A stretch of 64,000 nt of DNA from the human T2T-CHM13v2.0 reference genome, Homo sapiens. Of the stretch, positions 13,477 through 26,113 are shown in pieces (position 1 is the first letter of the stretch; the number at the start of each line of letters is the position of its first letter). The stretch lies in assembly GCF_009914755.1 (NCBI RefSeq), contig NC_060926.1, one strand, 5' to 3'. The notes under the pieces are model-generated. The model made no database searches, was not told the DNA's origin, and was given only the letters and a program-made list of their open reading frames with translations. A program made the translations under genes and the position numbers.

Positions 13477-13757
13477 GCCAGCACTCCATGGCTGGGAGCA
13501 ACCTGCAGTGCCCCCTGGGCTTTTAGTAAGGAGCAGACATCCCGGTGTTCCAGGAAGATAGGAGGGGAGGGAGGGAAGGGCAACACTGCCTAGGCAGGTT
13601 CGTTCCACAATGGACCTGAGTGCAAAGGGCTCCCAGGGGGATGAACACTGCCTGGAGATGCGTGCCAGGAGTCTGGTGCCCAGAGCCACCAGGGCCCACC
13701 CCAGGATATAGCTCCTGAGACTTTTGACCTTGATGGAGGGTGGGTGCTATGCCAGAA
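13477..13757 (+). pseudogene. Tentative exon 2, heavily disabled (GQHSMAGSNLQCPLGF**...CVPGVWCPEP...)
   Basis: Acceptor ttgttgtctgcctggcag, phase 1 matching exon 1; two Cys motifs in frame; stops at 13524-13529 and later; 3' end uncertain. Confidence 0.4.
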
Positions 13758-13884
13758 GTGAGCTGTGGCCTGGCTCTGCCTCTCACCTGTCCTGTGACCT
13801 GGGCGACTCCTCACCTGGGAAGTGGGGCTGGCGGTCAGAGGTGCCGCTTCCAAAGGACATTCTCTCCCCACTCACCATCAGCAG

Positions 13885-13981
13885 TTCCTGCTGCTGTGGC
13901 CTCCACCCTTGGACCAGATGAAGGAGTTCATCCCTCTGCCCATGACCCCACTGCTCCGACCCCTCCACCTGGGCCCCCATG
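13885..13981 (+). pseudogene. Exon 3 (VPAAVASTLGPDEGVHPSAHDPTAPTPPPGPP)
   Basis: CAGCAG acceptor; donor TG|GTGAGT; the phase-2 end joins the next exon to form a Cys codon. Confidence 0.55.
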
Positions 13982-14288
13982 GTGAGTCCAGATTGATCAC
14001 ACTGGTCTGGAGCCTGCACTGACACCCCAAGGTCTGTGTGGAAAGACCCTGTCCTCAGGCCTTTCGGCATTGACACCAGCTCTGAGTCATCCAGTTGGGG
14101 ACACCCTTCTTTCTCCATCTCAGCCCATCCAGTTGGGACAGGCAAACATTCAGCCAGGCAGTGGGGCAGGCAACTGTACATGCCGGTTTATGTGACGGGC
14201 CTCCATGCCATCTTTGCTGCCCTGGCTGGGCACCTCCTCGGCACACAAGGCTTCTCCTCAGCCACTTTGTTTTCTCTGGTCTCTGCAG

Positions 14289-14376
14289 CTGCTGGAATGG
14301 AGTGATGGCTTTGTGGCTGGGCCCCAACAGCACCTGCAGTCGGCTCCCAGAACTCACAGACAGCGAGGACTGCCAG
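14289..14376 (+). pseudogene. Exon 4 (CWNGVMALWLGPNSTCSRLPELTDSEDCQ)
   Basis: Acceptor ttttctctggtctctgcag; donor CAG|GTGACC; phases 2 to 0. Confidence 0.65.
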
Positions 14377-15174
14377 GTGACCCCAGTGGGAGGGCAGCTC
14401 TGTCTCAACCATTCTTTGCTGGGGAGAGAAGCAAGGAGGTTATGGGGAAGTCCCCAGAAGAGGCTAAATCTCTGGGGATCAGAACTAAGCCTCATTCTCC
14501 ATGCCTCATTTATGAGGTATGCATGAGGTGTCCATGCTGTCCTTGGGGAGCAGTCAACACCTCCTGCCCATTCTGACCTTGTACCGCGGGACTTGCCTAA
14601 CCTGGAAATGAGCTTAACCCACCTCCAGGGCTGCTGTGGGGATGGAATGGGAAGATGCACAGGGAAGTGTGAAGAGGCTCAGAGCGACCATGCCCACACA
14701 ACACTCAGGAGAGAAGCCATGGAGATGTGGGGTGCACAGTGATATGCACACTCGTGGCAGCCGCCTCGTGACCCAGCCATTCCCACACATGCCATGTGTT
14801 GCCAGGTGCCCCGTGTGTGCAGTACAGGTGCAGAGGAGGACGAGGCAGGCCTCCTGGGAGCTGGCTATGCCCCTGCGGTGTCCTAGAACAGCTGCAACTG
14901 TTGGGACTGCAGAGCCACAGAGAGTTGGAGGAGAAGGTGAGAGCCTTTCCTTAGCCCCAAAGCTCCACAGACCACGTGGACTAATTCCTGCTCACTTCCA
15001 TGTGCAGGGAATTTTCTTTTTCAGAGGAAGTTGGAGGGACAGAGAGCTTGGGGGATCCACAAAGAGTCTCGGCAGAGTGAACACCTAAGCTGAGGCCCTG
15101 ACTCAGCTATGTGCAGGTTTGGGTATCAGTCACCATCCCGCTGCCTTCTCACCCCGGGCCCTGTTGTCCCTCAG

Positions 15175-15285
15175 CAGTGCCCACCTGAACAGGAGCCAGG
15201 CCCACAGTGCTCCAGCTGCATTTTGTGCTCTCTGCACTACTTCACAGGCAGAAGCCCCAGCTGCCAGCACTGCCCTGCCCCTCAG
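15175..15285 (+). pseudogene. Exon 5 (QCPPEQEPGPQCSSCILCSLHYFTGRSPSCQHCPAPQ)
   Basis: Acceptor ctgttgtccctcag; donor CAG|GTAGGT; 111 nt, phase 0-0; six Cys. Confidence 0.75.
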
Positions 15286-15569
15286 GTAGGTGTGACTGGG
15301 CTTCCCCAATGACATTCGGGAGGCACCAGACCCTGGAGTGAGCTGGGAGGGTCCTTGGGTCTCCTGTGTTTGGACTAGCCTGTCCATACCCCAGGAGCCC
15401 AGGTGGCCTCTGAGGGGTAGAGCCCAGCTAGCCCTGGGCCCAAACACACAAAGAACTATCAACACAGGAAGTGGCACAAATGAAATGAGATGATGCAGAA
15501 GAAAGAAGTATGCAGAGTGTTGGGGAACGGGGCATTGGAGGATGGCTGGAGTCCTGTTCTGCTCCTGGC

Positions 15570-17520
15570 TAGGGTGTAATCTTGGCAGACTGTTGCAGTT
15601 CTCAGTGTACAGGTCCTGTTAAATTTATCCCCAAGTAGTTCATGTTTCTGGATGATGTTGTAAGTGGAACTGTATTTTTTATTTCCATTTCCAGTTGTTC
15701 ATTGCTGGTAGTGATTTGTGTGTATTGACCTTGTATCCCTCAACCTTGCTTACTTCATTTATTTGTTATGGTAGTTTTTGTGTAGATTTTTAAGGGTCTT
15801 CTCTGCCGGTAATCATGTTATCTGTGAATAAAGATGATTTAAATTCTACTTTTCCCTTTTTTTTTTTTTTTTTTTTTTTTGAGACGGAGTTTCACTCTTG
15901 TCGCCCAGGCTAGAGTGCAATGGTGCAATCCCAGCTCACCGCACCGCAACCTCTGCTTCCCAAGTTCAAGCGATTCTCCTGCCTCAGCTTCCTGAGTAGC
16001 TGGGATTACAGGCATGCGCCACCATGTTTGGCTAATTTTGTATTTTTAGTAGAGATGGGGCTTCTCCATGTAGTCAGGCTGGTCCCGAACTCCTGACCTC
16101 AGGTGATTTGCCCACCTCAGCCTCCCAAAGTCTTGGGATTACAGGCGTGAGCCACCACGCCTGACCAACTTCTACTTTTTCAATCCATTCACATTTTGTT
16201 ACTTTTCCTTGCCTTATTATACTGTCTAGGGACTCCACTACTGTTTTGAATAGAAATGAACATCCTTGGCTTCTTCCTGATCTTAGGGAAAAAGCATTCA
16301 GTCTCTAATCACAACGTTGCTGTTAGCTGTAGTTTACGGGTGCCTTTAATCAGGTTGAGGACATTCTCTTCTATTTCTTGCTGAGTTTTATCAGGGATAG
16401 ATATTTAATTTTGTCCTGTGTTTTCCTGAACCTATAGGGGTAAGCATATGGATTTTCTCTCCTTTGCTCTGATAAGATGGTGAGTATCATTGTTTTTTGG
16501 ATGTTAAACCAATCTTGCATTCCTGGACTTCATGTGGTTATGATGTTATCATTTTTACATATCATTGAATTTGATTTGCTAACATTTTTGTAAGTTTCTT
16601 TTAATCTTATGTGTATGAGAGATATTGTTCTGTAGTTTTTTCTAGTCTCTTTGGTATCAAAGCAACACTGGCTCAACTAATTTTCCCAGGAAATTAGTTG
16701 CAAAGTAGTCCCTGCTCTTCTCTTTTTCTGGAGGAGTTCATGTCTGTCTGGTATGAGTTCTCTCTTGAGTATTGTATAGAGCTTAGTAAAGCCATAGGGC
16801 TTAGAGATTTCTTGGTGCAAAGATCTTTACGAATTAAATGTCTTTGACACGTTTAAGGCTATTCAGATTTTCTATTTCTTCTTGCAACAGTTTGGGAATT
16901 TGTGTCTTTCAAGGAATCTGTTCATTTTCTGTTAGGTATAAGGTTGATTGTCAGAGAGTGGTTCAGGCCACATGTTTACTGCCCTTTCAGTGTGTCATCT
17001 GCAGTGAGAGCTCTTTTTCATACCTGATATTGGTACATTTTTTTCTCTTTTTCTCTTTATTAGTCTAGTTAGGGCTTTATCAATGTTATTTATCTTTTCA
17101 AAGAACTAGCTTTTGGTTTTATTGATTGTCCTTATTGATTTTTCTGTTTTATTAATCCTGATTTACATTTGCTCTCCTCTTTTCAGCTTCCCAAGGTGAA
17201 AGTAGATAGCTGATTTTACATCTTCTTTGTTTTCTGATTAGACATTGAATCCTGTAAATTTGAATCTATGCACTGCTTTAGTTATATCCCACACACTTTA
17301 TGATGGTGTGTTTCTATTATTACCCTTTGAGTTAAAATGCTTCTAATTTCCCTGTGATTTTTTGTCTAATGGATTGTTTTAGTGTGTGTTGTTTAATTTC
17401 TAAGTGTTTGGGGCTTTTCTGGGTGTCTTTGATTTCTAACTGAACTCTATTATGATCAGAAAACATACTCTCTAATATTTCAATCTCTTGAAATTTATCA
17501 AGACTTTCCTTATGGCAAAC
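15570..17520 (-). mobile_element. Old L1M ORF2 fragment (intronic)
   Basis: T-rich degenerate antisense L1 sequence (gtgtattgaccttgtatccc..., ttcctgatcttagggaaaaagcattcagtc). Confidence 0.85.
15857..16166 (-). mobile_element. AluSp-like element inside the L1M
   Basis: Poly-T followed by gagacggagtttcactcttgtcgcccagg; flanked by ttctactttt on both sides. Confidence 0.93.
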
Positions 17521-17874
17521 TGTGTGAGTTTGGAAGGTATTTAACTCTCCTCAGGCCTCCCTTTCCTTATCTCTAAAGTGGAATTGATCATAACAGTGCC
17601 TGAATGCTTCTATTAGGTGAAGTCCTACATAGAAAGCTCAAAGTCAACACTCAGTAAATGGTAGCTACTGCAGTTAGAGCCAGACTGGTTAGTAGCTACC
17701 AATTTAAATGCAGAGCTCCCAGTTGGGGCTGGACCTCTGCGTCTAAAGAAAATAACAGGCATGGAACACCTCACCTCGGAGACAAGAGCTTTGTCATTTC
17801 TCATAGGTAAGGAGCCCCTTGGCCGACCCTGCAGCCCCCAACACATGCAGCCCCTGTTCTTCCCACCTCTCCAG

Positions 17875-17928
17875 CTCCTGAGTGTTCCACGGCCCCACCG
17901 TTGCCTGTGTTCTTAGAAGTGGGTGCAG
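17875..17928 (+). pseudogene. Tentative 54-nt exon (PECSTAPPLPVFLEVGA)
   Basis: Strong acceptor ctgttcttcccacctctccag; donor CAG|GTAACC; open as phase 1-1 but not phase-compatible with exon 5. Confidence 0.4.
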
Positions 17929-18811
17929 GTAACCCAGACAGCAGCAAGCTGGGGAGAGGCCAGGTTGGGTCAGTCTTCATTCCCAACCCACAGATGACAG
18001 GCAGGAAAGATGAGTGGTCGCCTCACCAGCCACCGTGGATGTGAAGTAAGCACCTTCTCAGGGAGGATTTTGGGCATCCCAGCCCACCCAGAGGTGCACA
18101 GACGACAGCATTGCTGTGCAGAGCTGGGTGTGCAGTGACAAGGACCATGGGGGACACTGAAGCCTGTGGGAGGCGATGTTATGGAGAAAATGCGGACACC
18201 TGAGACTGCCGGGTTCTAATAACCAGGGCTCCCCAGGCTCAGAGGGGTGGCTGGAAGAGAGGAGCCCAGGAGCTGGGCATCAGCAGTGCTGCTGAATGCC
18301 AGGAAAGTCACACTCAGGGGTGCAGCCAGGGTCTGGCAGGCCCCAGCCCTAGGAATTCCATGTTCTCTGGGCTCAGCTAGGAAAATCAGGACCCGTACAA
18401 GTTTAAAGGCAGCCTGGATTATTCAACTTAGAGTTTTAGCCAAGACAGAGGAACGATGTGGCTGGAAATCACTAGCTCTGAGGATGTGAGCCATGGAGAA
18501 AATCCTTCCAGATCCTGAGGATTAGGAAGGGTGGGGGAGGGGAAGGGCATCTCAAAACATTCGTTATTTTCATTATTGTTAACTTTAAGACTGTGTAGGA
18601 TCCCCCCCAACACCCCCACAAAGGCAAAAGATTTACCTCCTCAGTTTTGTTCAGGGTGGAAATGAAATGTGTCATTCATTCCCAGTGCTCTGGCCACAGG
18701 GCAGCAGCGGCGAAGGCACGGAGGGGAGCCCAGCACAGGAGGGCAGGAGGGAAGCGGCTCAGACACCATGTGATCAAGGTTCTCTCATCAACTCACCTCC
18801 ACTTCTGCAAG

Positions 18812-18865
18812 GCATTACCGCCCCCACCTTGAGGCCCTCGGCTTTCCCTTTGCCCACCCACTCTG
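18812..18865 (+). pseudogene. Tentative 54-nt exon (GITAPTLRPSAFPLPTHS)
   Basis: Acceptor ctccacttctgcaag; weak donor TG|GTGTGT; same length and phase as 17875-17928. Confidence 0.3.
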
Positions 18866-19422
18866 GTGTGTGTTGGGGACAGGCCAGGTGCCAGGGCTGG
18901 GAGGGGGCCCCTGGAGAGGAGGGGGCATGGGCTACAGAGCTGCTCCATGGGAAAGAACAGGCCCTGGTGCTGCTTTGCCTGTCAATAAGAAGTGGGGGCC
19001 TCAGCTAAGTGTCTGGTGGTCTTGCAGGGGACCACAGGTTACACTGCAGTGACAAGGAGGGGCTGAAGGGGCAGAAGGGGAAGAGAGGCAGAGCTGACAG
19101 GGGTCCCAGCATCCTTCCGGCCCTCTGTGCACCCCCACTTCTGTCTCATGTGCCAGGCCCTGGGGCAGCGCTGAGGGTCCAGGTGCTCCCCATCCAGGGG
19201 AGAGGCAGACGCCAGAGCTTCCCTAAAGCTGCGACCTGGGAAGTATTGAATCAGGGTGGAGACAGGGCCCTTGAGGCTCAGACGAGGCACCCCTGAGAGT
19301 CTGTCTGCTCAGGGAGGAGCCCAGGAGGCTTCTTCCAGGCTGGGAGAGCTCCCCACAGAGGAAGCAGCACTGTGCAGAAGCAGAGAGTAGAGCCTGTGCT
19401 GCTCTACCCTGCTCCCTGGCAG

Positions 19423-19695
19423 TGATGGCACATGGGCCCGGGGTGGGACCCAGCCTCACCCTGCATGGTGCAGACCCCCCAGAAGCCACTCCAGGTGCCA
19501 GGCTTCCAGCTCACCCTCCACAGCCAGCAGACTCCCCAGGGGATGAGGACCCCAAGCCCTGGTGGGACCCACCCCATGAGGCCCCCCTCACAGGCTACTT
19601 CCACCCATATGGTGCTGCCTTTGTGCCACGCCATGCCGGAAACTTCAAGGACAGGAGAGAGGTGCCCCACCAGGACACCAGCTTCTGCTCAGCAG
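19423..19695 (+). pseudogene. Exon: Pro-rich segment plus degenerate repeat (...APLTGYFHPYGAAFVPRHAGNFKDRREVPHQDTSFCSA)
   Basis: Acceptor ctctaccctgctccctggcag; donor CAG|GTCAGT; open, phase 1-1. Confidence 0.6.
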
Positions 19696-20386
19696 GTCAG
19701 TTCTGGATTCTGCCTTCTGCTTGCAAGACAGGAAGAGTGGCCTTGACTCTGACCTTGCTGATTGGTGCTTATCAAACGCTAACAGAAGCTGATGTTAAGG
19801 GACTGACAGCAGCCCGGGCAGCGAGTCCAGGTACCAGTCAACGGGTGAGCCCCAGGAAAGCCACACCCGGGGTGCAGCCAGGCCTCATCAGGCTCCAGCT
19901 CTGGGAACTCCATGTTCTCTGGGTTCAGCTGGGGAAATCAGGACCTGTATAGAAAGTTCCAAGGCAGCCTGGATTGTTCAACCCAGAGCTGCCAGTAAAG
20001 ACAGAGGGTTGACGGGACTGGGAATCACCAGTGCTGAGGACAGGAGAAAAAGAAATGAGAAGTTTTAAAGTAAAAAGTGAGAGTGTCAGTAGGTACATAG
20101 GAGGCCTTTCTTGGGAGCGGACAAAAGACTGGGCCTAGAAAATGCCAGGCCAGGGATGGCCCAGATCTGCTATGCACAGGCTGTGTGATATCAGCAAGGT
20201 GCTTCACCTCTCTGAGCCTCATCTTTACACTAGAGGCAGTGATACCCCTTTCCTGGTAACCAGGGATGGTGGCAGCTCCTGCACTCCCAGGCCCATGGGA
20301 GGGTCAGGTGTGGCCAAGGCCTGTAGAGCTTTGGTTGCTTTTCTTGTCACTGCTTCCCTTGAGAGAGAAAACTGCTGTCTCCCCAG

Positions 20387-20579
20387 TTCTCAGCCTGTGT
20401 CTTCGGTGCCCTGCGGGACACTTCTGCCCCAACAGAGCCACCCGCCCCATCCCATGCCAGCCGGGTACATTTGGCCCCCGCTTAGGCCAGGATGAAGCCA
20501 CAGACTGCACCCCTTGCCCAGCAGGCAGGGCCTGTACCCAGGCTGGGCTGACACACCCCGACGCAGCGTGCTCACCGGG
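20387..20579 (+). pseudogene. Exon (CLRCPAGHFCPNRATRPIPCQPGTFG...CTPCPAGRACTQAGLTHPDAACSPG)
   Basis: Acceptor ctgctgtctccccag; donor GG|GTAAGT; phases 1 to 2. Confidence 0.9.
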
Positions 20580-20992
20580 GTAAGTGCCCGCCATTTCTCA
20601 ATGATGAGTGTCCCGATGGGGGCCAGAGCCATCCCCCTAACACCCTTAGAGAATCAGTCCCAGGTCAAGGCCAGACTTCTCCCAGCCTCTGACCCTCTCA
20701 GGGTTCGGAGAGGGCTGCGCCTTCAGATCAAAGCTCTGTCTCAGCCAGCCCAGGGCTCCAGGACTTGCCCCCGAGCACCGAGGCCCAGCACTGTCTCAGG
20801 TCCATCCATGCTCAGGAGGCGTCTAGGGAGCTGTCTTCCTGGCTTTGTCCATGGAGAAAGTAGCTCAGAGAGGCCAGGTTACCATGCAGACTCACAGAGC
20901 AGGCCAGGGGCACGGCGGGATCTGGCCATGACTCTCCAAGATGCCGGGCTCTGCGTGGTGGGCACCAGGTGCCAACTCCCCTGCTGCTGTAG

Positions 20993-21129
20993 GTACGTGT
21001 GCCCTTCAGGCTCCTCCAGTCCCCACGCTCCCTCCCATGCCTGCCCTCCTGGGACCTTTAGCAACCGCAATGACCTCTCCCACCCATCGCAGTGTGAGGT
21101 CTGCCCCGAGGGACTAGCCTGTCCTGGGG
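20993..21129 (+). pseudogene. Exon (YVCPSGSSSPHAPSHACPPGTFSNRNDLSHPSQCEVCPEGLACPG)
   Basis: Acceptor ctgctgctgtag; donor G|GTAAGT; phases 2 to 1. Confidence 0.9.
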
Positions 21130-21479
21130 GTAAGTGAGGAGGGGGACAGTGGCCTCACCACCTCAGGACCCTGCCTTTGGGTGAAAAACCAGTTCCACCC
21201 CGGGACAGGGAGGCCAGGACAATAGACCCTGACCCATAGCCCCTTTGTTCCTCACAAAGAGCATTGCCCACCCCTCCATGGGGAGCCCAAAGGATTGGGC
21301 AATTAAAAGCAGCCTGAGTCCCGACCCTGCTGCCTCGGGTACGGTGGCCTTGGAGGTTGTTAATCCAGATACCCCCTGCCCCGAGGCAAGGCCCCAGCCC
21401 GTGTCTCTGACGCCTGCCAGGGGTTGTGGCTGGAGAGGGGCAGCAGCCCTTCAGGTCTAGTTCAGTACTGTGTTTGCAG

Positions 21480-21704
21480 GAACCGGGGGCCCAGACTGGC
21501 CCCCCATCCCCTGCTCAGCTGGCCATTATTGCCCTCCCGGCACCAAAAAGCCAACCCAGTTCCAGTGTCCTCCCGGCATCTGGAGTAACCAGACTGGATT
21601 GACCATGAGCGAGGAGTGTATGCCCTGCCCCAGGGGCTGGTTCTGTGTCAGTGGAGCTCAGGTGCCCTCAGGGACATGCAGGGCCGGGCATTACTGCCCA
21701 TGAG
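21480..21704 (+). pseudogene. Exon (TGGPDWPPIPCSAGHYCPPG...CPRGWFCVSG...CRAGHYCP*) with a premature TGA
   Basis: Acceptor tgtgtttgcag; donor AG|GTGAGT; TGA at 21701-21703 falls inside the CPxG motif. Confidence 0.92.
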
Positions 21705-22166
21705 GTGAGTGGGGCCAGACTCTGCCCTGGCAAGGTTGCAGGCAAGTGCCAGGAGAGGGTGCCATGGGCTGGCCTGTGCACCTCCTCTGGAGCAGATGCA
21801 GCAGGAGAAGCCTGGTGTGCAACGGGAGAGGGGAAGCTTCCATTTCAGGACCACCTTCCTGAGAGGAGGGCTGGGAGGAGCAGGAAACTCGGGGAGGCTG
21901 TGGGGACAGAAGCCACCAGCAGGCTGGGGGCTGGAAGGGATTGATAAGCCTCAGAGCCTCCTAAATGGGGGTTCCCAGGTGTCTCAGCCCAAAGCACAGC
22001 TTCCTAAAGACTGTGTCCTGGAGAGTGACACCCCCTCCCCCTGCCCCATCCCCAGTGGCCTCCCCTGGGAACTGTCTCCAGGCAGCAGGTGAGGAGCTGG
22101 TGTGCCAGTGATGACACAGGTCCGACCCCTCTTTCTTCCTCTGAACCCCTCTTCTCTCTGAAACAG

Positions 22167-22307
22167 GGGCGAAGTGGAGGACACAGTTCCCCTGCCCAGC
22201 AGGCACCTGCAGCTCCCAGGCAGGCAACGGCCAGCTCGAGGACTGTCTGCCCTACCCCCCGGGGCCTTCTGCCCCAGTGGGGTCCCTGAGCCGGAGCTCT
22301 GCCAACG
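22167..22307 (+). pseudogene. Exon (GAKWRTQFPCPAGTCSSQAGNGQLEDCLPYPPG/fs/AFCPSGVPEPELCQR)
   Basis: Long polypyrimidine tract then aacag; donor CG|GTAAGG; frameshift near 22262. Confidence 0.88.
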
Positions 22308-22425
22308 GTAAGGAGGCCGCATGTGTGGTTGTTATTGAGGCCAAATCGCCACGTTCATTGTGTGCCTGCTGGAGCCCAGCACTGGACACTGGTACCAAGG
22401 GAGAGGAGGGCCCAGCCTGCCCTCA

Positions 22426-23118
<693 letters not shown>

Positions 23119-23357
23119 TTATCTGTGGATTTTACTGTTTTATTAAAATGTGCCTTTTATTCCTCTGGTCAAAAAGAAAACTTAGGGTTTGTCTTACTAA
23201 AAACAAGCAATACACATTCTTCAGGTAAAAAGTGGAAATGACATTGATCAAAACAAATTTCAGATCAAATGCAGATTTTAATTTTAAAAAGCCAAAATCA
23301 CAAAATCACAAAGCATAAATAGATATTTATAAAACTTGAGAGAATGTGGAAAATCTA

Positions 23358-23409
23358 AGCCTGGGCAACAAAAGTGAAACTCCGTCTCAAAAAAAAAAAA
23401 AAAAAAAAA
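23358..23409 (+). mobile_element. Alu 3' remnant with poly-A
   Basis: agcctgggcaacaaaagtgaaactccgtctc followed by a poly-A run. Confidence 0.85.
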
Positions 23410-24045
23410 TGAGCCAACCTCCCTGGCAGCTTACAAGCAAGGGTTTATAGAGGCAGGGGTAAATTTCAGGAGAGAAATTTACCCTTATACAGGCAAAATT
23501 GTAAATCAAGACATGAAGTTTACACATTGGCCTAAAAGGGCAGTCTGTCTTGAAGCAGGCACTTCCGCGTCATAGGTGGAGTCAAAGATTCCCCGTTTGG
23601 TTAAGGAATTGAAGCTGTGTCTAAACTCTTAGGGTCAGCAGAAAGGGATGTTAAGGTCTGGCCTGCGGGCGTGCCAGGAGCCCCCAGGCAGAAATTTAGA
23701 ACAAAGCACTGAGGCAGTCAGAGTTCAGTCCTCACTCCCCCCTTATCTGAGGTCTGCCTGCCAGCGGGTCCATTTGCTGGGGGTCCTGGTTTCTGAAAAG
23801 CAATCAGGGACATATGCTAAGATGGCATCTTTAGCTTCCAGAGAAAACCAAGCCTCTCGTGGCTCTGACTTCCTTGGCCACTGTTCAAAGCTGCAGTTAC
23901 CTTCTTGCTTATCGGGCTGCTCATTTACTCCTCAGGGCTAGTGAGGTGCTGGACTTTCCCTTGAAGGAACTCAAGATTTGTCTTTATTTCCATGCTGGGA
24001 GGGTCAGGGGTAGCAGGATCCTAAGAGGGGCCCCGGTGCATCTCA
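23410..24045 (-). mobile_element. ERV1 LTR fragment (MER4 group)
   Basis: Resembles antisense MER31/LTR-type consensus (catttgctgggggtcctggtttctgaaaagcaatcaggga); family uncertain. Confidence 0.55.
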
Positions 24046-24305
24046 CAGACAACTTTAGAAAGAAGCACAATTAGCCTGGTTTTTAAATCTCCTGCCCTGC
24101 CTTCTCCAGCTGAGGCCACACCCTCAGCCTCCCCTACGGGGCCTCCTAAGGCTCAGGCGGGCTGGGAGTTCTGCCCTTACACTCTGAGGGGAAGCTGGGG
24201 GACAGTGGAGGGATCTGGCCTTGGAGAAATGGCGACTTCATGGGTGGGGACTCTTCCCCAGGAAGGCCATGGGCATCCACCTTTAGCTCTCTCCACCCCC
24301 TCTAG

Positions 24306-24429
24306 AGGAACGTACTGCCAAGGTCCAGCAGCCAAGCTGGCTGTGGCCTGTGTGCCTCGCCCTGCCAGTCACCACTGCCCTGAGAGAGGCACCACCACGC
24401 CACGACCATGCAGCACTGGCAGCTTCTCT
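24306..24429 (+). pseudogene. Exon (GTYCQGPAAKLAVACVPRPASHHCPERGTTTPRPCSTGSFS)
   Basis: Acceptor ctctccaccccctctag; donor CT|GTAAGT; phases 2 to 0. Confidence 0.87.
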
Positions 24430-25175
24430 GTAAGTGTTCCCAGAACAGACTCCATCCTCAGAGGGCTCTGAAGAGTGGGGGATCCTAAAATTGGGAGGTG
24501 CCTGCCCCAGCCTGCCCCGATGGTGACTCCCCAGAGCTCCGCTCAGGCAAGGGAAACACGCAACTACAGGGAGAATCCTTTGCTCCAATGTGGGCTTGGG
24601 AGCTGGGCAGGCCTCCAGGTGCTTCTTCTAGGGCAGAGGGGGCAGGCCTGGGCCCTTGCTCCATGGGCCAGCCTGGCGCCTATTGGGGAAGGGGAAGGGG
24701 AAGAAGCAGAGGGAGGGAGATGGGGGAACAGAGTCATTGCCCTGAGCCCACTGGGGTAGGTGTCTGCATTTAGTTCCCTCTACAGGGAGCTATGGGTGAT
24801 GAAGGCAGCACACTTCCATTTTACCTCCTCTTCCCCCACCACCCAGGTAAGCAATGAGCAGGAGCCTGGGACATTGCATGACATTGGCCTTCCAGACCCA
24901 GAGGAGCTATCGGCACCCTCCTCCCCACTGCCTGCCATGTGCACTCAAGTGTCAGGAAGGGGGTGCCATTGCACGAGTCCCTCACTGCTCTGCTAATGCC
25001 ATCTTTGCAGGCTTCTTCAGTGAAGCTTGGTGATTATTCCAAGAAATGATGTCAAGCTTAGGGAAGCCACAGGTGGCCCTGGGGAGTTGTGCAGTCAAAG
25101 AATGTGCAGTTTATTCAGTATCTCGCAGCTTTCCACACAGGGCAACTGTGGCCAGTCACTGCAGCCCAAAGAGCC

Positions 25176-25358
25176 CAAATTGTGTTTCGGACACAAAATC
25201 TTCCCCTCCTTCTCAGGAAGCACCGTCATCGCCCCTTACAGTTACCTGGAGCTCTACCATCTACAGCAAATTGTGTTTCAGACACAATCTTTCCCTCCTT
25301 CTCAGGAAGCACCATCATCCCCCCTTTCAGTTACCTGGAGCTCTACCATCTACACAGC
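25176..25358 (+). repeat. Two-copy ~91-bp tandem duplication
   Basis: caaattgtgtttc..acaca...ccttctcaggaagcacc...gttacctggagctctaccatctaca occurs at 25176 and 25267. Confidence 0.92.
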
Positions 25359-25973
25359 ACTCACTGTGTCAGCTCAGGGATACCCACACCCCCAGCATAG
25401 CTTTCCCCTTCAAGATGAGGAGGGGTCTGCAGATGGCACAGCTGGGAGGCAAACCCAGCAGGGCTCCAGCACCAATACTCACCTGGCATGGCAGCCCCCA
25501 ACCTTCTGCCCTGAGTCTTCCCAGTGAGCCCAGGCCTCTATGTGGACACCTCGAGAGCGCTGGCAGGCATGGGGAGGTGGCAGGGTGGGTGACCCAGAAC
25601 CCACAGTATGGCCCACTGTGCAGCCATCGTGACGGCCCTGCCCAGACCACTCATGAGTGCAGCCCTGCAGGGCCACATTGGCCTCTCCTGACTCATGCAG
25701 AGGCCTCCCGGAGGATCAGTAGCCCTGAGAAGACAGAAGGAGCCTCCAGCCTGGGCCCTCCTCCTCCGGGCATTGCCAATCCTGCAGCCATGTGCTTGGA
25801 GAGCTCCCTGGTTCTGTGGCATCCGCCTTCCTCATAGGGGAGGTACGCACTGAGCCAGGCCTGGCCAGCAGCAGCCCCACATACCTTTCCTCAGTACCTG
25901 TCGTGCACCAGGCCCACCTATGCATTCCAGGTGTGGATGGAACCTCGACCTTATTGTCCACACCCCTTTCCAG

Positions 25974-26113
25974 GGTCCAGGTCATCTCTGGTGCCAGGAG
26001 TGCTCAGGAGGAAAACTCTGCAACCAGACAAAGCTGCTTGGCCCTGGGCCATGACGTGTCGCCCTGGGCACTACTGCCCAGCCCAGGGCCTGCTATCCAT
26101 CCCCTGCCCCATG
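25974..26113 (+). pseudogene. Exon (GPGHLWCQECSGGKLCNQTKLLGP/fs/AMTCRPGHYCPAQGLLSIPCPM)
   Basis: Acceptor cacccctttccag; donor ATG|GTGAGC; 140 nt between two phase-0 neighbours implies a frameshift near 26045. Confidence 0.87.

Noticed and set aside
21701-21703. In-frame TGA as selenocysteine or readthrough
   Set aside because: It occupies the variable x position of CPxG rather than a Cys, and frameshifts and TAG stops elsewhere show ordinary pseudogenisation.
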